Positions 41,301 through 55,994 of a stretch of 64,000 nt of DNA are shown here, in pieces. Position 1 is the first letter of the stretch; each line of letters starts with the position of its first letter. The DNA is taken from NCBI RefSeq assembly GCF_009914755.1, contig NC_060925.1, one strand, 5' to 3'. The notes beneath the pieces were generated by a model. It searched no databases, was not told the origin of the DNA, and was given only the letters and a program-made list of their open reading frames with translations. A program made the position numbers and the translations under genes. The stretch comes from the human T2T-CHM13v2.0 reference genome, Homo sapiens.

Positions 41301-42174
41301 CCATTCTCACCCCCTCCCCTTCTCCTTTTTCATCAAGCTGGTATATTAAGGAGCCATCAGAGCTAAAAAGTTTAAAACCTACAGGTTGGCGGAGGCTTTC
41401 TGTTTCTTTAATTAAATATATTTTATGACTATGTTTTTATATATTATATATTTATAATGATATATATAGAGACGCATATATATAAATATTATACCCAAAT
41501 CTGGTGCGGTCAGAAAGAAGGCAAATCCCTTTCAGTTCCTGCTGCTTACGTTCCTGATCTGATCTGGCTAATAATCATGGGGAGACTGGATGAGGCATAT
41601 TGGGGGAAAGGAAATTTTCCATTTTATGCTTATGGATGATTCCCAGAGGAATCTTTTGTTTCAAGTCTCTTTCGAGTCCTTTGGGTGAAAGGCAAATGCT
41701 GAGCAGTTCTATCTTGCGCATAACTCCAATGGAGACACCTATAATACAAAACAGAGATCCCCCGGGGGCACCGTTATACATTTATTATAAAGCAAAGATT
41801 AAAACAATTTTATGGAAATTAAAGATAATATGGAACATTTGTCTCTCTCTCAGTCAAAGAGTAACATGAAGCAGTTCAACAAACAGCTCCAGGCAGTTCC
41901 ATGCGAGATGATCGAATGGCTGGGACTAAGGGGACAGGCAGGGCGGCTGCCGACTGCGAGGTGTGGGTTTTTTACCAGGGCATCTTGCCGGTGCTTGGCA
42001 ACTGTGCTCGGGTGAAAAATGATATGCCTGCAAAATCAGAACAATGGGCAAGTCGAAGGGTACTTAGGTGGTTTGCCCTCTTGAAATCTATCTCAGCAGG
42101 ACAGGATGCAAACAGCAGGGTGGGGACCAGAAGGGGTGTCCCGGATAGCTTTTTATGTTTTGTCTTTTTTTGGA

Positions 42175-42177
<3 letters not shown>

Positions 42178-42221
<44 letters not shown>
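42178..42221. repeat. (GT)n microsatellite, about 21 units
   Basis: Read directly from the sequence. Confidence 0.95.
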
Positions 42222-42222
<1 letters not shown>

Positions 42223-42679
42223 TTTTCTCTGTTTCTACTTGATTCATGTGCTCACTGGAAAAAAAAATGTACAAAAGCCCTGGAAATTTGCTAAAACTCC
42301 AAGCTGGTAGCATTTCCATTTTATATATAATAGAATCTTGTTACCAAAAAGAAGTGGTGGTCAAAGGAGAGTAAAACATATGTGTTAAACAAGAAATATA
42401 CTTTACTTCATTTGCACACAAGGGTCTGATTTGACCTCTAGTGCACTGAATTTATGGTAAAAGGAGGGCTTTTAAATTGGGTTTGTTTTATTTTGATCCT
42501 CTGTCTGGATATTTCTTTCATACCTCCCAGGCAGTAGCTCTCATGGGGAAGCTTATATTTTTGTTAATAAAAAATGCAATTGGTGCTAATCTAGACTTCC
42601 ATCATGATCATTCAAGCTTTCCAATGTTAATAACCACTCCCTAAGAAAGGATCATCAAAAGAGTTCAGACTACGTGGTT

Positions 42680-43100
42680 TTGCGGTCAAGGCAGTGAGCC
42701 ATATTCAGAAATGTCTGCTTTCCATTCCCTGGCCCACTGCTGGATAACTATGTGACATTTATAAGTTAATTGTTTTCTTTCAGTCTTGATTTCTTTAGCT
42801 GTAAAAGGCTACTCTTTATTTACTTATTTAACATGGGTCGAGGGATGGCAAGGATTTACGGAGTGAACTAGTTAAGATATTGGGCTTCTGATCTGGCTGA
42901 CCTGGGCAAAGATCTCTCTTCAATACTCACTAGTTATGTGACTTAGGATAAGTTACCAGCTATGTAACTCATTATATACATATATGTATATATATACACA
43001 CACAGATATATACACATATATACATACGAACACATATATAGTTATTGTGAAGATTAACTGAGATAATGTAGGTAAACTATGTTTTACCTACACTCAATAA
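42680..43100 (+). mobile_element. Two MIR fragments with an internal TA/CA tract
   Basis: actatgtgacatttataagtt; ctcactagttatgtgacttaggataagtta...gttattgtgaagattaa...actcaataaa. Confidence 0.6.
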
Positions 43101-45226
43101 ATGTACAGATTTTATAAATAATAATAATAGCTAAACGTTCTTTAGGCCTCCACACAAATAATTAACTCAAGAGGAAGCATTATCATACAATTATTATTCA
43201 TAAATAATAGCAGCAACATTTATATACAGATTTTTATGAGCTCTACACAGCAATGAATTTCAATGCCAGATCACAAGCACCATACTTCACCTTTCATTTC
43301 AAACTATATGACTTTTTCATATAGTGGCATAATGTAGTACAGACGCTTGAAACACCTCCAATTTTAATTCTCCTCCTCCCCCACTGCCTCCTGCTTTGCA
43401 CTCTGTAATGAAAAATAAAGGTTAAGGGCAATCTGTTTGAGGCTAAACTAAAGCCTACTAGACAGACCAGGCCAGGTGATGGTGCAGGGCTCAGAGTGAT
43501 GTGAACAGGAAGGGAGACAGGGAGGAACTTATGAAACACACAGAAGGTGTCTGCACTTTTGTATTAAAAATACCCTTGGCGGGGAGCTCAGCACCAAAAA
43601 TAGAGGAAAAAATATTTTCAATCGCTTTTCATGTGCTTCCTTTCACCCTTCAAATAGGAACTATTTTTCCCTAAATGGGTGGATGTGTTTAGTACAGTAA
43701 ATACAAAAGCTCTCTTGTTCAAATTCGTTTAAAAAATAAATGTGAAAGAGACCTCCTTTGTAATCACAAAAAGACATGGAAGCCAGGGGTTTTTGGGTAA
43801 TCACACACATCAAGGGGCATTAAAGGGACAAGGCCTTCAGTACTACCTAATAACATTCACCCTGGAGTGTCATTGCTTAATTATGGCTTTTCAAATATTT
43901 GGGCAATAAAGGAATCAGAATTCATTTCAAACACATATTGATGTACAGCCAAACAATAGAGTTGTTTCTTATCTATTAATGAGGTTGAGACTTATGCCTT
44001 TAAAGGGATCACAAATAAATTCTTGGGTGTATTTGGCCTTTTAAATATTTTGAATATATGAATTCATCAGGATTTAGGGATTAGGTAACTGCTGTCTACA
44101 CAAAAAATCTGCAAAATTTTTCATTACTTTTTTATTAGTTGGCAGCACATACTCTGTGAACTTTTATGAAGCTATAAACATAAAGGACCTTCTGATACTG
44201 GTATGATGATAATTCTAAATTTCCTCTTTGCAGCTGGGGTTGATCCCCTCTATTTGGTACAGTCTATTTTTTTTTGTGACTTAACAGAAGAAAGTTGGCT
44301 CACTACTGTATTGCCTTCAAGCACTTTCTTGGGAAGTTCTTGAATTAAATCCACATGGAAACCCAATGCCCCTCTCCACCTTTCCCTTAAGGTGGTTATA
44401 AAATGTCAGTAGAAAGTAAAGCTGTTTATTTTACTTAGGGTTGGATTCTGTTAGTAAATGAGTTTCTGGTGGGGCTTATGTGCAAACCACATCTTTCAAT
44501 CAGATTCTTTACATGACTAAGTGTATATTAAATTGTGCCATAAATATTAATTTAAAATTCAGAAGTTCAGATTCCATCTAAATCCATGTGAATAAGCAGA
44601 GATACGCACTGTTTAACAAGTTCTAGATTCACATTCTAGCTCCACTAACAAAACATTGCCTCACTTTTGTATGCAGCAGGCAAAAAAGACAATAGTGCTG
44701 TCTTCCCAATAGGCAGAGTTCCCCACCAGCAGAGATCTATGACTTGGCTTTAACACGGTGGCTTGGAGATCTCTGCAAAGAGAACCAGGCAATCCTGGAA
44801 GGATAGTTCTACTTCTGGAATCGAGGAGATGATATGTGCTGAGGCAGAACCCGGCTGCCGAGCCACATCTTCTGGAGTTGGGACAATTTTCAAATATGAT
44901 GGAACAAGGCAGTGACCTGGGAGGTGCCAGAGTACGAGGATAATGGGAGGTAGTTAAAGCTGAGATAATATGGTTTCTTTGGGCTGGGCATTAAGGGTTA
45001 TCTCTCATGAAACTACGTGATGTTTCTAGGATCTGGTGGGCAAGAGACCCTCCCTGGGCCCTCCAGGCATTTCTTCTACTGATTTCCAGCTATATCCTTT
45101 GAAGAACATTCCACAACGTGCCATAGGTTGAAAAGCAATAGCTTACGTGTAGGTAATGCATGAAGATAAAGACTTCTGTTGCATTTACCTTTTCATAGAC
45201 TTGCTTTAACTCTGGCAATATCTTAT

Positions 45227-46019
45227 TGATACAGACAGGAGGCAGAGAAATACTGGGTCGACTAGGGAGGGGTCCCTGGCAGAGGCTCCACCCTCAAGCC
45301 TGGATCCGCGGCCCTAAATTAGAACATACATTCCTGTTTTCCCACCCGAATGTTGTCTTTTCCAAAACCACCCTGGCCTGCCGCAACCCCCTACCCTGTA
45401 CCCATTGTACCCATTACAACCCCAAGTTCCACTGGCAGAGGAGCAGAGTGGCAAAGCAGAGAAGGAGAGTAGAGAAGAAACTTCTGAACATTGAGAGGAG
45501 AAGAGGTAGCTGGACATCAGAGACTATGGTTGGAGAAGAGATCAGCCGGGGACAGCCAGGGGAAGATTATATTCCCCCTCCATCTCCTTTCCAGTTCCCC
45601 ATCCCACTGAAAGCCACTTCCATTGGTCAATAAGATCCTCTGCATACACCACCCTTCAATCCATTCATGTGACCTGATTCTTCCTGGATGCCAGACAAGA
45701 ATTCCGGATGCACTTGGTGTGGGACCCTGACTCTTCACTGAGCTGTTTAAAACTGAAGCCATTTGCAGATAGCAAAGCTAAAAAAGCACTGTTTGTAACA
45801 CATGCCCTCTGGGGCTCCAGAGGTCACTAGCAACCCCCAGACGCTGGAGCGGGCCTGCATGGAGTTCATTCCTGCTGGCGCCCAAAGGCACTTGCCCTGG
45901 CTTCTGCACCTGCTCACCTGCGTGCTCCCCCTCCCACAAGGTGTTTAAGCTTGGTGACCAAATAAACCAGCTACCCCTGTCGCAAATCCACAGGGAGTCA
46001 AGGGAACTCTCCTGTCTCA
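45227..46019 (+). mobile_element. LTR1-family (ERV1) solo LTR, complete
   Basis: TG...CA ends (tgatacagacaggaggcagagaaatactggg ... gggaactctcctgtctca); exact 4-bp TSD ttat. Confidence 0.88.
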
Positions 46020-46959
46020 TTATCTTTTACTAAACTCAAGGCTTAAAGAGAAGGGCAGTGACATCACCATAAATTGCAGACTGAATGGTAGAAACCACCT
46101 ACTTTCCTTTCTTTTCATTTCCCTACAGACCTGGACCTGTTGTTCCTACATAAAGCTGTGGAAATCTATCATTTGTTTTGGAGCTTGGAGGAATGAATGT
46201 ACACATTCTCTCATTAGAGAGAAACAGGATGCCCTTTGGTACCTGTATTTCTGTCTTGCTTAAGTTTCAAAAGTGAGATTCTTGAGTCCAGAAGATGGTA
46301 TTCAATTGTTCTCCATCTTTTTTATTAGGAGAACCCATTTCACTTTGCTATAAAGTCTCATGATCCTTCATATATGTGTTCTTAAATCTGCATTATTAGT
46401 CACTTCCACATCTATAGATCTTTGCAAATACACAGAAAAATAATTAAATGCATCTTTATGAAAGACAATAATATTTGAGGAAATCCTTGCCTTTATCTTT
46501 ACTCACCTCTGGTATTAACTCTGCTATTTCCTAGGAGCTTTGGAGCCCATATATTGCTAACCATTGAAGCACTTGAATGAAGATGGCTGCTGGAAGTCAT
46601 TTGCTCTGCTCTTAAATGCACTAATATTAACTGAATGGGTCTTTTGCTATTGTCTGGGATTGGCTTATTAGCATCCTTCTATTCCCTTGGTGTTAAAAAC
46701 AGAGCCTGCTTAGATTATAAAATAAACCCAGATGAAAACAGACCTGTGATGGATAAGCATGCCTGCAAACCACAGGGATAACTACCATCTTTGTATCGTT
46801 AGCTTGCAGGAAAGGAGAAACAGAGTCAACATTCTAAGAAATAAGGCAAAAAATAGCTTACACATGGTAGTAAAGCTCTCCTTGTTTTTTCTTCTATGGA
46901 ATGCTCCAAGGCTTATGTTGATGCATTTGACTTAAACGGCAAGAATCTATAAAATCTAA

Positions 46960-47200
46960 TGGAAAGGGTAGTGGTTAAGAGAATAGGGTTTGAAGTCACA
47001 TTTGGGCTTAAATATTTCAATGCTTACCAGCTATATGAACATGGGTAGGTATAATTCAGACTCTCTCCAAGTCTTGATTTTATCATCCCTAAAGGAGCAA
47101 TAATATTTATACCTATAAGTTAGTGACTATTAAATAATAAAATTATGTAAAGCCTTAACACAATTGAAGGTGCATAGTAGCACTCAAAATTTGCAGTAAC
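46960..47200 (+). mobile_element. MIR
   Basis: gtagtggttaagag...cttaccagctatatgaac...catagtagcactcaaaa. Confidence 0.65.
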
Positions 47201-47849
47201 ACTTGTAAGTACCTTGTGGCAGGTTATGAGAAAGAGATTTAGGGGAATACTACTTAGAGTTTAATTGCTTTTGGGCATTAATCCTTAAAATTGGTTGGCT
47301 CTACCCACACTGTGCAGATTCCCTGTGAGGTTTGGATCTAAGAACTCACATGTACTGTCTGTGACATGGGGACAAACAGGAGCATGCCAGGGATATGATT
47401 AATCTGGAAAACATCACTGTAACTGAAGGAGCAGAGAGAACAGTGGAGGATGGTGGAGACACTGGGAGAAATATGGGAGGAAAAGAAAAGAAATAAACAA
47501 GTAAGAGAAAATAAAAGAAGGAAGTGTGATCCAGAAACAAAAACTGGCATACAATTGAAGGACACTGGGGGAGCTGAGTATTTCAAATCCTTGTGGCAGG
47601 ACACTAAGTTGAGAAAGCCCATAAGCCTAGGAATCTGCAAGTGAGTTGATATCAGTGAAGTCTCTAGTATTTGCACTGCCATTGGGAGTTGGGGCAGAGA
47701 TTTTTTTCTTCTTTTTGTCTTTTATGCAGTTATGCCTCATATTTAGGCCTCCAGTTTTTACAGAGTTTTTTTTACACCCACCAGAGTTTTGGCATTACCA
47801 CTTAATAAAAATAATACCATTACCAAGAGTAATAATATTGATAACTAAT

Positions 47850-48050
47850 ACTAATTAGGTTCTTGCTATGTGACAGGCTTGCAAACATGCATTAGCCCAT
47901 GTAATCTTCATGACACCTCTATGAAGCAGGTAACATTGTATTACTGCCATTTTTACAGATGAGAAGACTATGGCTTAAGGAGATTATGTAACTTGTCTGA
48001 GGTAATACAGAGAGTAAATGGCAGAGCTCAGACAAAATTAGAGCTTTTGC
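47850..48050 (-). mobile_element. MIR
   Basis: ccatttttacagatgagaagact...taacttgtctgaggtaatacag. Confidence 0.7.
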
Positions 48051-48067
48051 ACTCTAGAGTTACTAAA

Positions 48068-48184
48068 CAGGGTTGCTATGTATAGCTGCACAAGTTGTGC
48101 ACTGTACAATTCATAAGCTTGGCTTCATTCAGAATATGATGTGAAGGTGGCAACCTTGGCACTGTGTAATGTAGAGGCCCCAGT
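48068..48184. mobile_element. MER91-like (hAT-Tip100) short DNA transposon
   Basis: cagggttgc...tgcacaagttgtgcactgtacaa...gaggccccag. Confidence 0.55.
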
Positions 48185-50825
48185 TTTTAATCTTCGCTCT
48201 TTAACTCAAATTTAGTGCCCCCAACTTCTTCCTTTAAATAAACCTTATGTCTTCGTATCTTCAATTCGAAGAGCGCTCTTCAGCCTCTAATGTTTTTTAT
48301 GTGTATTTCACAAAAACAGTAACTCATGTCTGTAAAGATGTTTCTGATGTAGGCAATAGCTAAACAAGACAAGATCACCACCAAAGGTCCCACTTAAGAT
48401 AAACGGATGTTAATCAAATGTCTTTGAATAATGTCTAGACTCTGCCAATCTAAACCAGTCTCTTCTAAGGTTGGAATCCTGTGTTAATTTAGAGAGGAAA
48501 GAAAAGATCTTTTTCAACCAATCCTTAACATTGAGGACCACCATTACCAAACCGAAAGACCATATCACCTTTGTCTAAATGGTTTTGATCTGTTATAACT
48601 AATAGTATTCAATGTTCACTATCTATCCAGGTAAATGAAAATTTGCTTTAGAGTAAAACAGTATCTATCTTTCCAAATCCTGGGAGTAGGATGGTTTGTT
48701 GCACCTGGAAGCCAAGCTTCAGATCCCAGGAATCTGGTTGAAGTTTGGAAGTGTTCAACAAGCAAATATTTTTTACACAGTCAAAAAAAAAAAAAAGAGC
48801 CTGGTACGGATGTTAGAGGCTACAGTGATAGATTCCCTGCCTAGTGAATTGATCAAGAGAACAGAAGCACCAGCCATTTCCCTACAAGACCAGCAGAATC
48901 TAGAAGTGAGTTGGTATTTGATATGAACATAATCACTTGCGGAAACAACCAAAGCTATTTTTGAATTATTCAACTCTGATAACAGTAAGCTTTCTACCTG
49001 CTACTTTTCTGCATTTTCTTCTATAACAACTTCTTCCATCCTCTTATACTGCATCCGCTTTGTCCCCTTTCCTCTTACAGCTCACATGCCCTTTCTTTAC
49101 ATACATGTGTCATCTGCTTCTCAAGCTCCACAGTATTTCTTTTCTCCAGAAATTCTAGAGAGTATTATTTTCCCATTAGAGCAGAACACCAGGACACTGA
49201 GAACAGTTTAATATTCCAAGATTCCATAAACAGTCTGAGTGATTGCTCAGATTTAAACGACCTCACACATAATTTTAGCAAATGGAGATGCATTAGATGG
49301 CTCCAACAGGTGTATGATTAAAAAAAGAATGTCAAATTTTTGTGGAAATTAATACTGGATTATAGGTTCTACTATTACTGTTTAGCAGCAAATGGTTCAA
49401 GTAGTATAATAATATAGCAGACTTATGGAGCCAATTAATCCATTAGAGGAAAATTCCATTTATTTAAAAAAATAAAGTGAGTTTTAGCTTAAAAAGGAAC
49501 TGCAGACAACAATTCTAAGTGGAATTCATCTTTGCAAGTTACATACTGTTTTGTAGATAATTTGAAATCCAGTTATGGAAGGCAAAGTAGGGTATTGAGA
49601 AAACATAATTGCTATTTTTAATAAAATATGATTTTTGAGGTACACTAAAACTTTATGTCAATGACACTAATTATTTTGGCATCTTATTGGCAGTCACAAT
49701 TGGACAAAATGTGGAAGTGTATAAGCGCAAAAGAAGTTCCTGGCTTCATTTCCTCATCCTTACCTACTTCAGGGTTTATTTATGGCTAAATTGAAGCTGG
49801 ATGTCAAATCTGGGCCCCTCAGAACAAAATCTTAATAATTAACTGGCAAAACTGAACATGATCACTTCTGACACACCTACACTGGTAATTATTGCTTTGA
49901 GGCCATTTACTAATGAAATTAATGTATTCATTGCCCTAACAAATTAGCATAACTCATACATAATGCCCCACATTTCAAGACCTCGCTAGAAAAACAACAC
50001 TTAGTACAGCAGAATGACATGGCAAGGGCATTACATGGAGACAGTGTTCACTGAATTACTACATGTTAAAAACCACAATAGCTAAGTGTTCGTTACCAGG
50101 CAAAATGTAAACACAATGTGGTTATTAAAGCCATTAATAGTGTAGTCAAGAGTGTACAATTGATGATTATCTTTGCACTTCAAATAAGCAGATATTATAA
50201 TAGCAGTAACCATGGAATCTAATTAAATGTCTACTTTTAGAGCTACAAAGTATGAAAAGAATGCTCCCAAGACAGCCTCTTCTTCCCTACCACATTGATA
50301 AAGAATATTGTGCAGCTGTTGTCACTTTTCTACATTTCTTATTAAATGAACTCAATGGCACGCTCATTAAATACTGGCCCTTACCCTAGCAGCAAGAGGG
50401 TTAAAAAAAGGAGAGTAAACAGTTTTAGTTTCTACATGTTATCTTTAAAGGGGAAAAACGTGAAACTATCCTTATCTGAGCTTAATGATTTAATCACCTC
50501 CTTAATGTATAAGGAGGTGATTTTGCTTTTATTCTCTATGTACTTTTCACTTTAAATGACCAAGAATAACTCTAAGTCAAGTGAGATAGTAAGAAGATAA
50601 AGCAAAAAAAGAAGACTCTAAACTACATTATATTTTCTTTGGCAAACTGTAACCTAAAGACATCTTCCCAAGCATACATGTGTAGTAAAAGGTGGTGGTG
50701 GATGTTTTTAACATCCTTGCCCTACACCTACTTTAAGAGAATTATGCCCTAAAATAACCACATGCTCAATTGTGATAGTGCTTGACACCAGTGTGCCATG
50801 CACACACACAGAAGAGTCAGCAATT

Positions 50826-51137
<312 letters not shown>

Positions 51138-52254
51138 TCAGCAATTACTGGAGACTTGAGGTGTGGATTTGACTTATGCTTGATAAAACATGTATTATGA
51201 AAAAAATTGCGTTTACAGCATCCTCCAATTCACAAATGTTGGCCTCTATTCAGTACCTACAAATATGTATTGCATCAAAATTCAAGGCATAATGACTGAG
51301 ACAATTCATAGGATTAATTAAAATTGGAAGCTTAAATTTTTATGGATAGAAGTGAGCTTGGCCATCATCTAATCCAGCTCTGTCACTTTGTCAGTTGGGA
51401 AGTAAACATTTTTATTTTTTTGAGCATTTGAGCAACTTGTCTAAGGTATCATAGTAGGTTTAGTCAGTTAAAGTCTCTGGCTTTTCTGACCTTAATTCCA
51501 GAGCTCCTTTTATTACATTGCAGACAGAGTGAATGGATGAGCACTCAGAAAAGAAACTGTAGGTGTCCCTTTGCTTTGTTAATTGGAAAAATAACTGACA
51601 AGTATATCTTAAAACCAAGGACTTTTGCAGTTTCATTAAAGCCTCCTAGAAATATGTTTTAAATAAGGTTAAGCCTGAAATGCTATAAACCCTGAAATGT
51701 ATGCAAGCACTTCAGCCATAAGGAATCCATGCTTTGAAATCCAGACTCCAACCCCGACTTCTGTGTCTCCCCATATCATTCTAAGGAGGCTTAAATAACT
51801 TCCTTCATCAAATACACACAGGGAGTTGATGTGACAGCAAAAGAGTTGGAAAAAGGGAAAATCCTGTTTAGTTATTTATTAACTGTGTCTATCACAATGG
51901 AAAAGATGAATTGCAATTAAATTGACTTAAATCACACACACACATACTCACATGTATGCAGTATACATCTATATTTATATTTATATGTGTGTGTGTTTGT
52001 GCAAGCAGAGACCACGCCTGAAGGTTGCTCACAATCAGATTCTTGTGAAAATCAAATCAAACAGAAATAGCATGAAGACTACGTGGTGAGAGTATTACAT
52101 TTCTGTTAGATACACTACATAATTGCCATTTAGTCTACAGACTGGTTTCTATTTAATTTATACACAAGAGGTCTTGTGCTTTTATAATTGTCACAGCTCT
52201 CTTTGATTATGGCTATGATTTACTATTGTGGGTCTATTCCTATTCCCTTCACCC

Positions 52255-52405
52255 TTGACCCCTCCCTCCCTCCCTCCCTCCCTCCCTCCCTTCTTTCCTT
52301 CCTTCCTTCCTTCCTTCCTTCCTTCCTTCCTTCCTTCCTTCCTCCCTCTCTTCCCTCCTCTCTTCCTTCCTCCCTTCCTTGCTTCCTTCTTTCCTCTCCT
52401 TTCTT
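52255..52405. repeat. (CCCT)n/(CCTT)n polypyrimidine tract
   Basis: Read directly from the sequence. Confidence 0.92.
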
Positions 52406-52959
52406 TGAAGTTATTTTCAGAACCCTGTATATCACACTGAATATCCTATAAAAGTGGCCAGTCTGGAGACTGGTGATGGTAAAGACTTTTAGCTCATTAC
52501 CCTGCACCAGTGACTTCTTTACTGCCTTATTTGGGCACACCTTGCTGAGATGGAGATGGTAAGAAGTTTGGAGATGGGCCATGTCTAACTCTGGGTTCTT
52601 TCCATTCCCTTCTGAGGCTAAAAGGGAAAAACATTAATAAGACAACATAACATATACCAACAAGCATATTTAGGTATGCATTGATGCCCATGAGTGGTAA
52701 AGGCAGCTCTGATGAGGGACTTTGCTGCATTTACAGGAGACAAGTGAGGAAGGCCTTGTGACAGATATGAAAACCCAAGTGTAACAAATGTGCTTTTTAT
52801 GTATAGAATATGGACTTGCACCAAATGAAATGTTGGCTAAAGTTCAGTTCTAAGAATATGTTGATGCTCTAAGAATATTTTAGGTTCAGTCAATTTAGAA
52901 AACATGTAGATTTGATACTGGTTTTAACTTAGAGCCTATACTACTATTAATAAAAAAAA

Positions 52960-53420
52960 AACAACAGTAGTAATAGCTACCAGAGCATTGAGCAGTATGT
53001 GCTAGACAACATGTGCTAAGAATTTTACAGACATTATCTCATATAATCCTCAACTAAATACTATGAGGCAGGTTTTATTATTAGTATTATCCTCATTTTA
53101 ACTCTCTGAGGATAAGATAATTTTAATATTAATATTAATAATAAAGATAATTATGATGCTAAGAATAAGAATAGTTCATATTTATGGATCATTTGCCTCC
53201 TATATGATAAGTCCTGTTCTACATGTTTACATTTACATTTATGTAATCTACAACAACACAATAAACTAGGATTATTATCCCCCCCGTTTAATAGAAGAGG
53301 AAACTAAAGAACAGGGAAAGTAAGTGATTAGCTAAAGGACACACATCTGGTAAGTGGTGAAGTCAAGTGAACCCTGTTAGCCTGACTCTATAGTTCCTGC
53401 TTCTAACTGTAATACTCACT
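52960..53420 (-). mobile_element. Two MIRs
   Basis: attgagcagtatgtgctagac...ctatgaggcagg; ttaatagaagaggaaactaaag...gctaaaggacacacatctggtaagtgg. Confidence 0.65.
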
Positions 53421-53499
53421 ACCTCAAATTACTTGCTTAGATAAACACAACAAAGCTAAGATTTGGAGGTAAGTCTGTCTGACTACTACATTCTGTTTG

Positions 53500-53895
53500 T
53501 TTAAACACCAAGCTCTGTTCTGCCTCAGGCCTTTGCTCTTGTTTGTTTCTCTACCCCATGTTCTGTCCCCCTGCCTGTCTCTGAGGCTGACTCCTTATCT
53601 TGCAGTCCCAGACTGATCTGGCCCTTTCTCAGTGAGGTCTTCTTGGAATGCCTAAGTATGTCACTCAGATATTCATCATCACACCAACTTTGTGACATTT
53701 ATTACTATATATGTGTGTTACTATGTCTTTACTTGTTTATTGACATTTTATTGTCTGACTCCCCAGTGCTAAGCTCCATGAAGGCAAGAACTGTGACCAT
53801 TTTCTTCACCAATGTACATCAGGGCATCTCTTAATCCTCTACAGAGAGTGGAGGCTCAAAAGTGCTTGCTGAGGGAAAGAATAAGTGAATAAATC
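53500..53895 (+). mobile_element. L2 3' end
   Basis: tgcctcaggcctttgc...taagctccatgaaggcaagaac...ttcttcacc...gtgaataaa. Confidence 0.75.
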
Positions 53896-54809
53896 TAACC
53901 TCTGCTTTACAACTACAGCTAGAATTGGTTCACTATGTAAACCAGCTGGGTGATGATGAGTATTTTAGATCATGGCAGTGTTTTAAGAAAAACAGATACT
54001 GTTTGCCTCAGGGTTAAGCAGGTTTCACTCTAGCATTGTGGTTTTATTTAAGTTCTGTTATCAAAAGCTTTATGAGAAGAAAGATGCTAAAGGATATAAC
54101 TTTACACCCTACTCTTACAGGTATTTTTGTTGACTTTTTTTGTTCCAAAATGGCTGCTTTTTCTGACCATTTGGAGTTTTAAAAGTTGCATTTTGATTGG
54201 AACTTGCATTTTTCTATAAGCTAATAGCAAGGTGCTGCTTGGGCTAGAATTGCAGGGTTGACCATTTGAAGGAGGAACTATCTCTTAGAAATTCACTAAA
54301 GAAGAATTTGAACAATTTGTCATCTTTTCCTTAATTTCTATGACAATAAGATATTCTATCACTTACAAATTGTGTTCTAGTTCTCTCTTTAGAGTTCATG
54401 TGTCTGTACCACATTGAGAGAAAGTGACTTCAGCTTCCATATGGGTCTGGGTAGGTGTGAAGGTGATACCAAAAGAAAATTTATTTAATGTAGTCGTTGC
54501 TCCTTCTAGTTTGGGGCAGTGGCAGATAGAGGGAAGAAGAGGGAGATGAGACTCCTGGGGCTGAAAGTCCATCCTTAAATCACACCAGAACTAAGAGTTT
54601 TTGGATCGCATAGAGGGCACAGGAAAGAAGAAGGTAAGTAGGCTATAGGGGTAGGTTAAAAAAAGGTACCTCGCCTATTCAAACAAACAAAAAAAAAAGT
54701 GAGAGAGAGGAAGAAAGAAAGAAATCAGACAGTGATCTAGATATCTTGGCATAGGAATTAAAGACTGGGGAGCACTTTTCCCTCAGGAATGGCCCTCCCA
54801 ACCCTCACT

Positions 54810-55030
54810 ACTGCTTATTAAGCACTTACTATATGCCAGCCACTACGAAATATTAGGCATAGCTTAACTCACTAAATCCTCAAGTCTAGTAGTTCTCATT
54901 ACCTGCATTTTATGGATTAGTAAATTGAGGCATAAGGAGTTAAGTAACTTGCCCAGGGCACTCAACAATTAAATGCCAGATCTAGGATTCAAAATCCAGT
55001 CTGACTACAACTCAAATCCTTGCCTCCCAG
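54810..55030 (-). mobile_element. MIR
   Basis: ttattaagcacttactatatgccag...aaattgaggc...gttaagtaacttgcccagg. Confidence 0.75.
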
Positions 55031-55248
55031 GATCCTACACTCTTTCTTGGAAATTATTTCCCCACCAAATTTTAGCCAGAGTTCTTAGTTAAGAAATGTC
55101 CCCAATTTGAAAGCTAGGTAGAGGCTGGCAGAGGAAGAAGCCATTTCCCTTCAATCAAACATGGCTACCTGCAACCCAGTTGGATTTTGACAGAGAGAGG
55201 TAGAGAGAATGTGAGTTGTATGATTGTTTGTTTAAAAATGGTATATGA

Positions 55249-55931
<683 letters not shown>

Positions 55932-55994
55932 GAGAAATATAATTGTATCTGTTTCATAAAATAGCACAAAAATTGAGGGGGGGCAGAAACAGGT

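Noticed and set aside
42431-42446. CTCF-like tgacctctagtgca
   Set aside because: Mismatches at core positions; too weak without ChIP data.
44141-44151. ggcagcacata, matching the U6 snRNA 5' region
   Set aside because: Only 11 nt; the flanks do not match U6.
45226-45633. 135-aa ORF
   Set aside because: Lies entirely within the LTR1 solo LTR, begins at a non-ATG codon, and has no gag/pol/env similarity that I can see.
48268-48281. 14-bp palindrome gaagagcgctcttc (back-to-back SapI sites, cloning-cassette-like)
   Set aside because: A few 14-bp palindromes are expected by chance in 64 kb, and there is no vector sequence around it.
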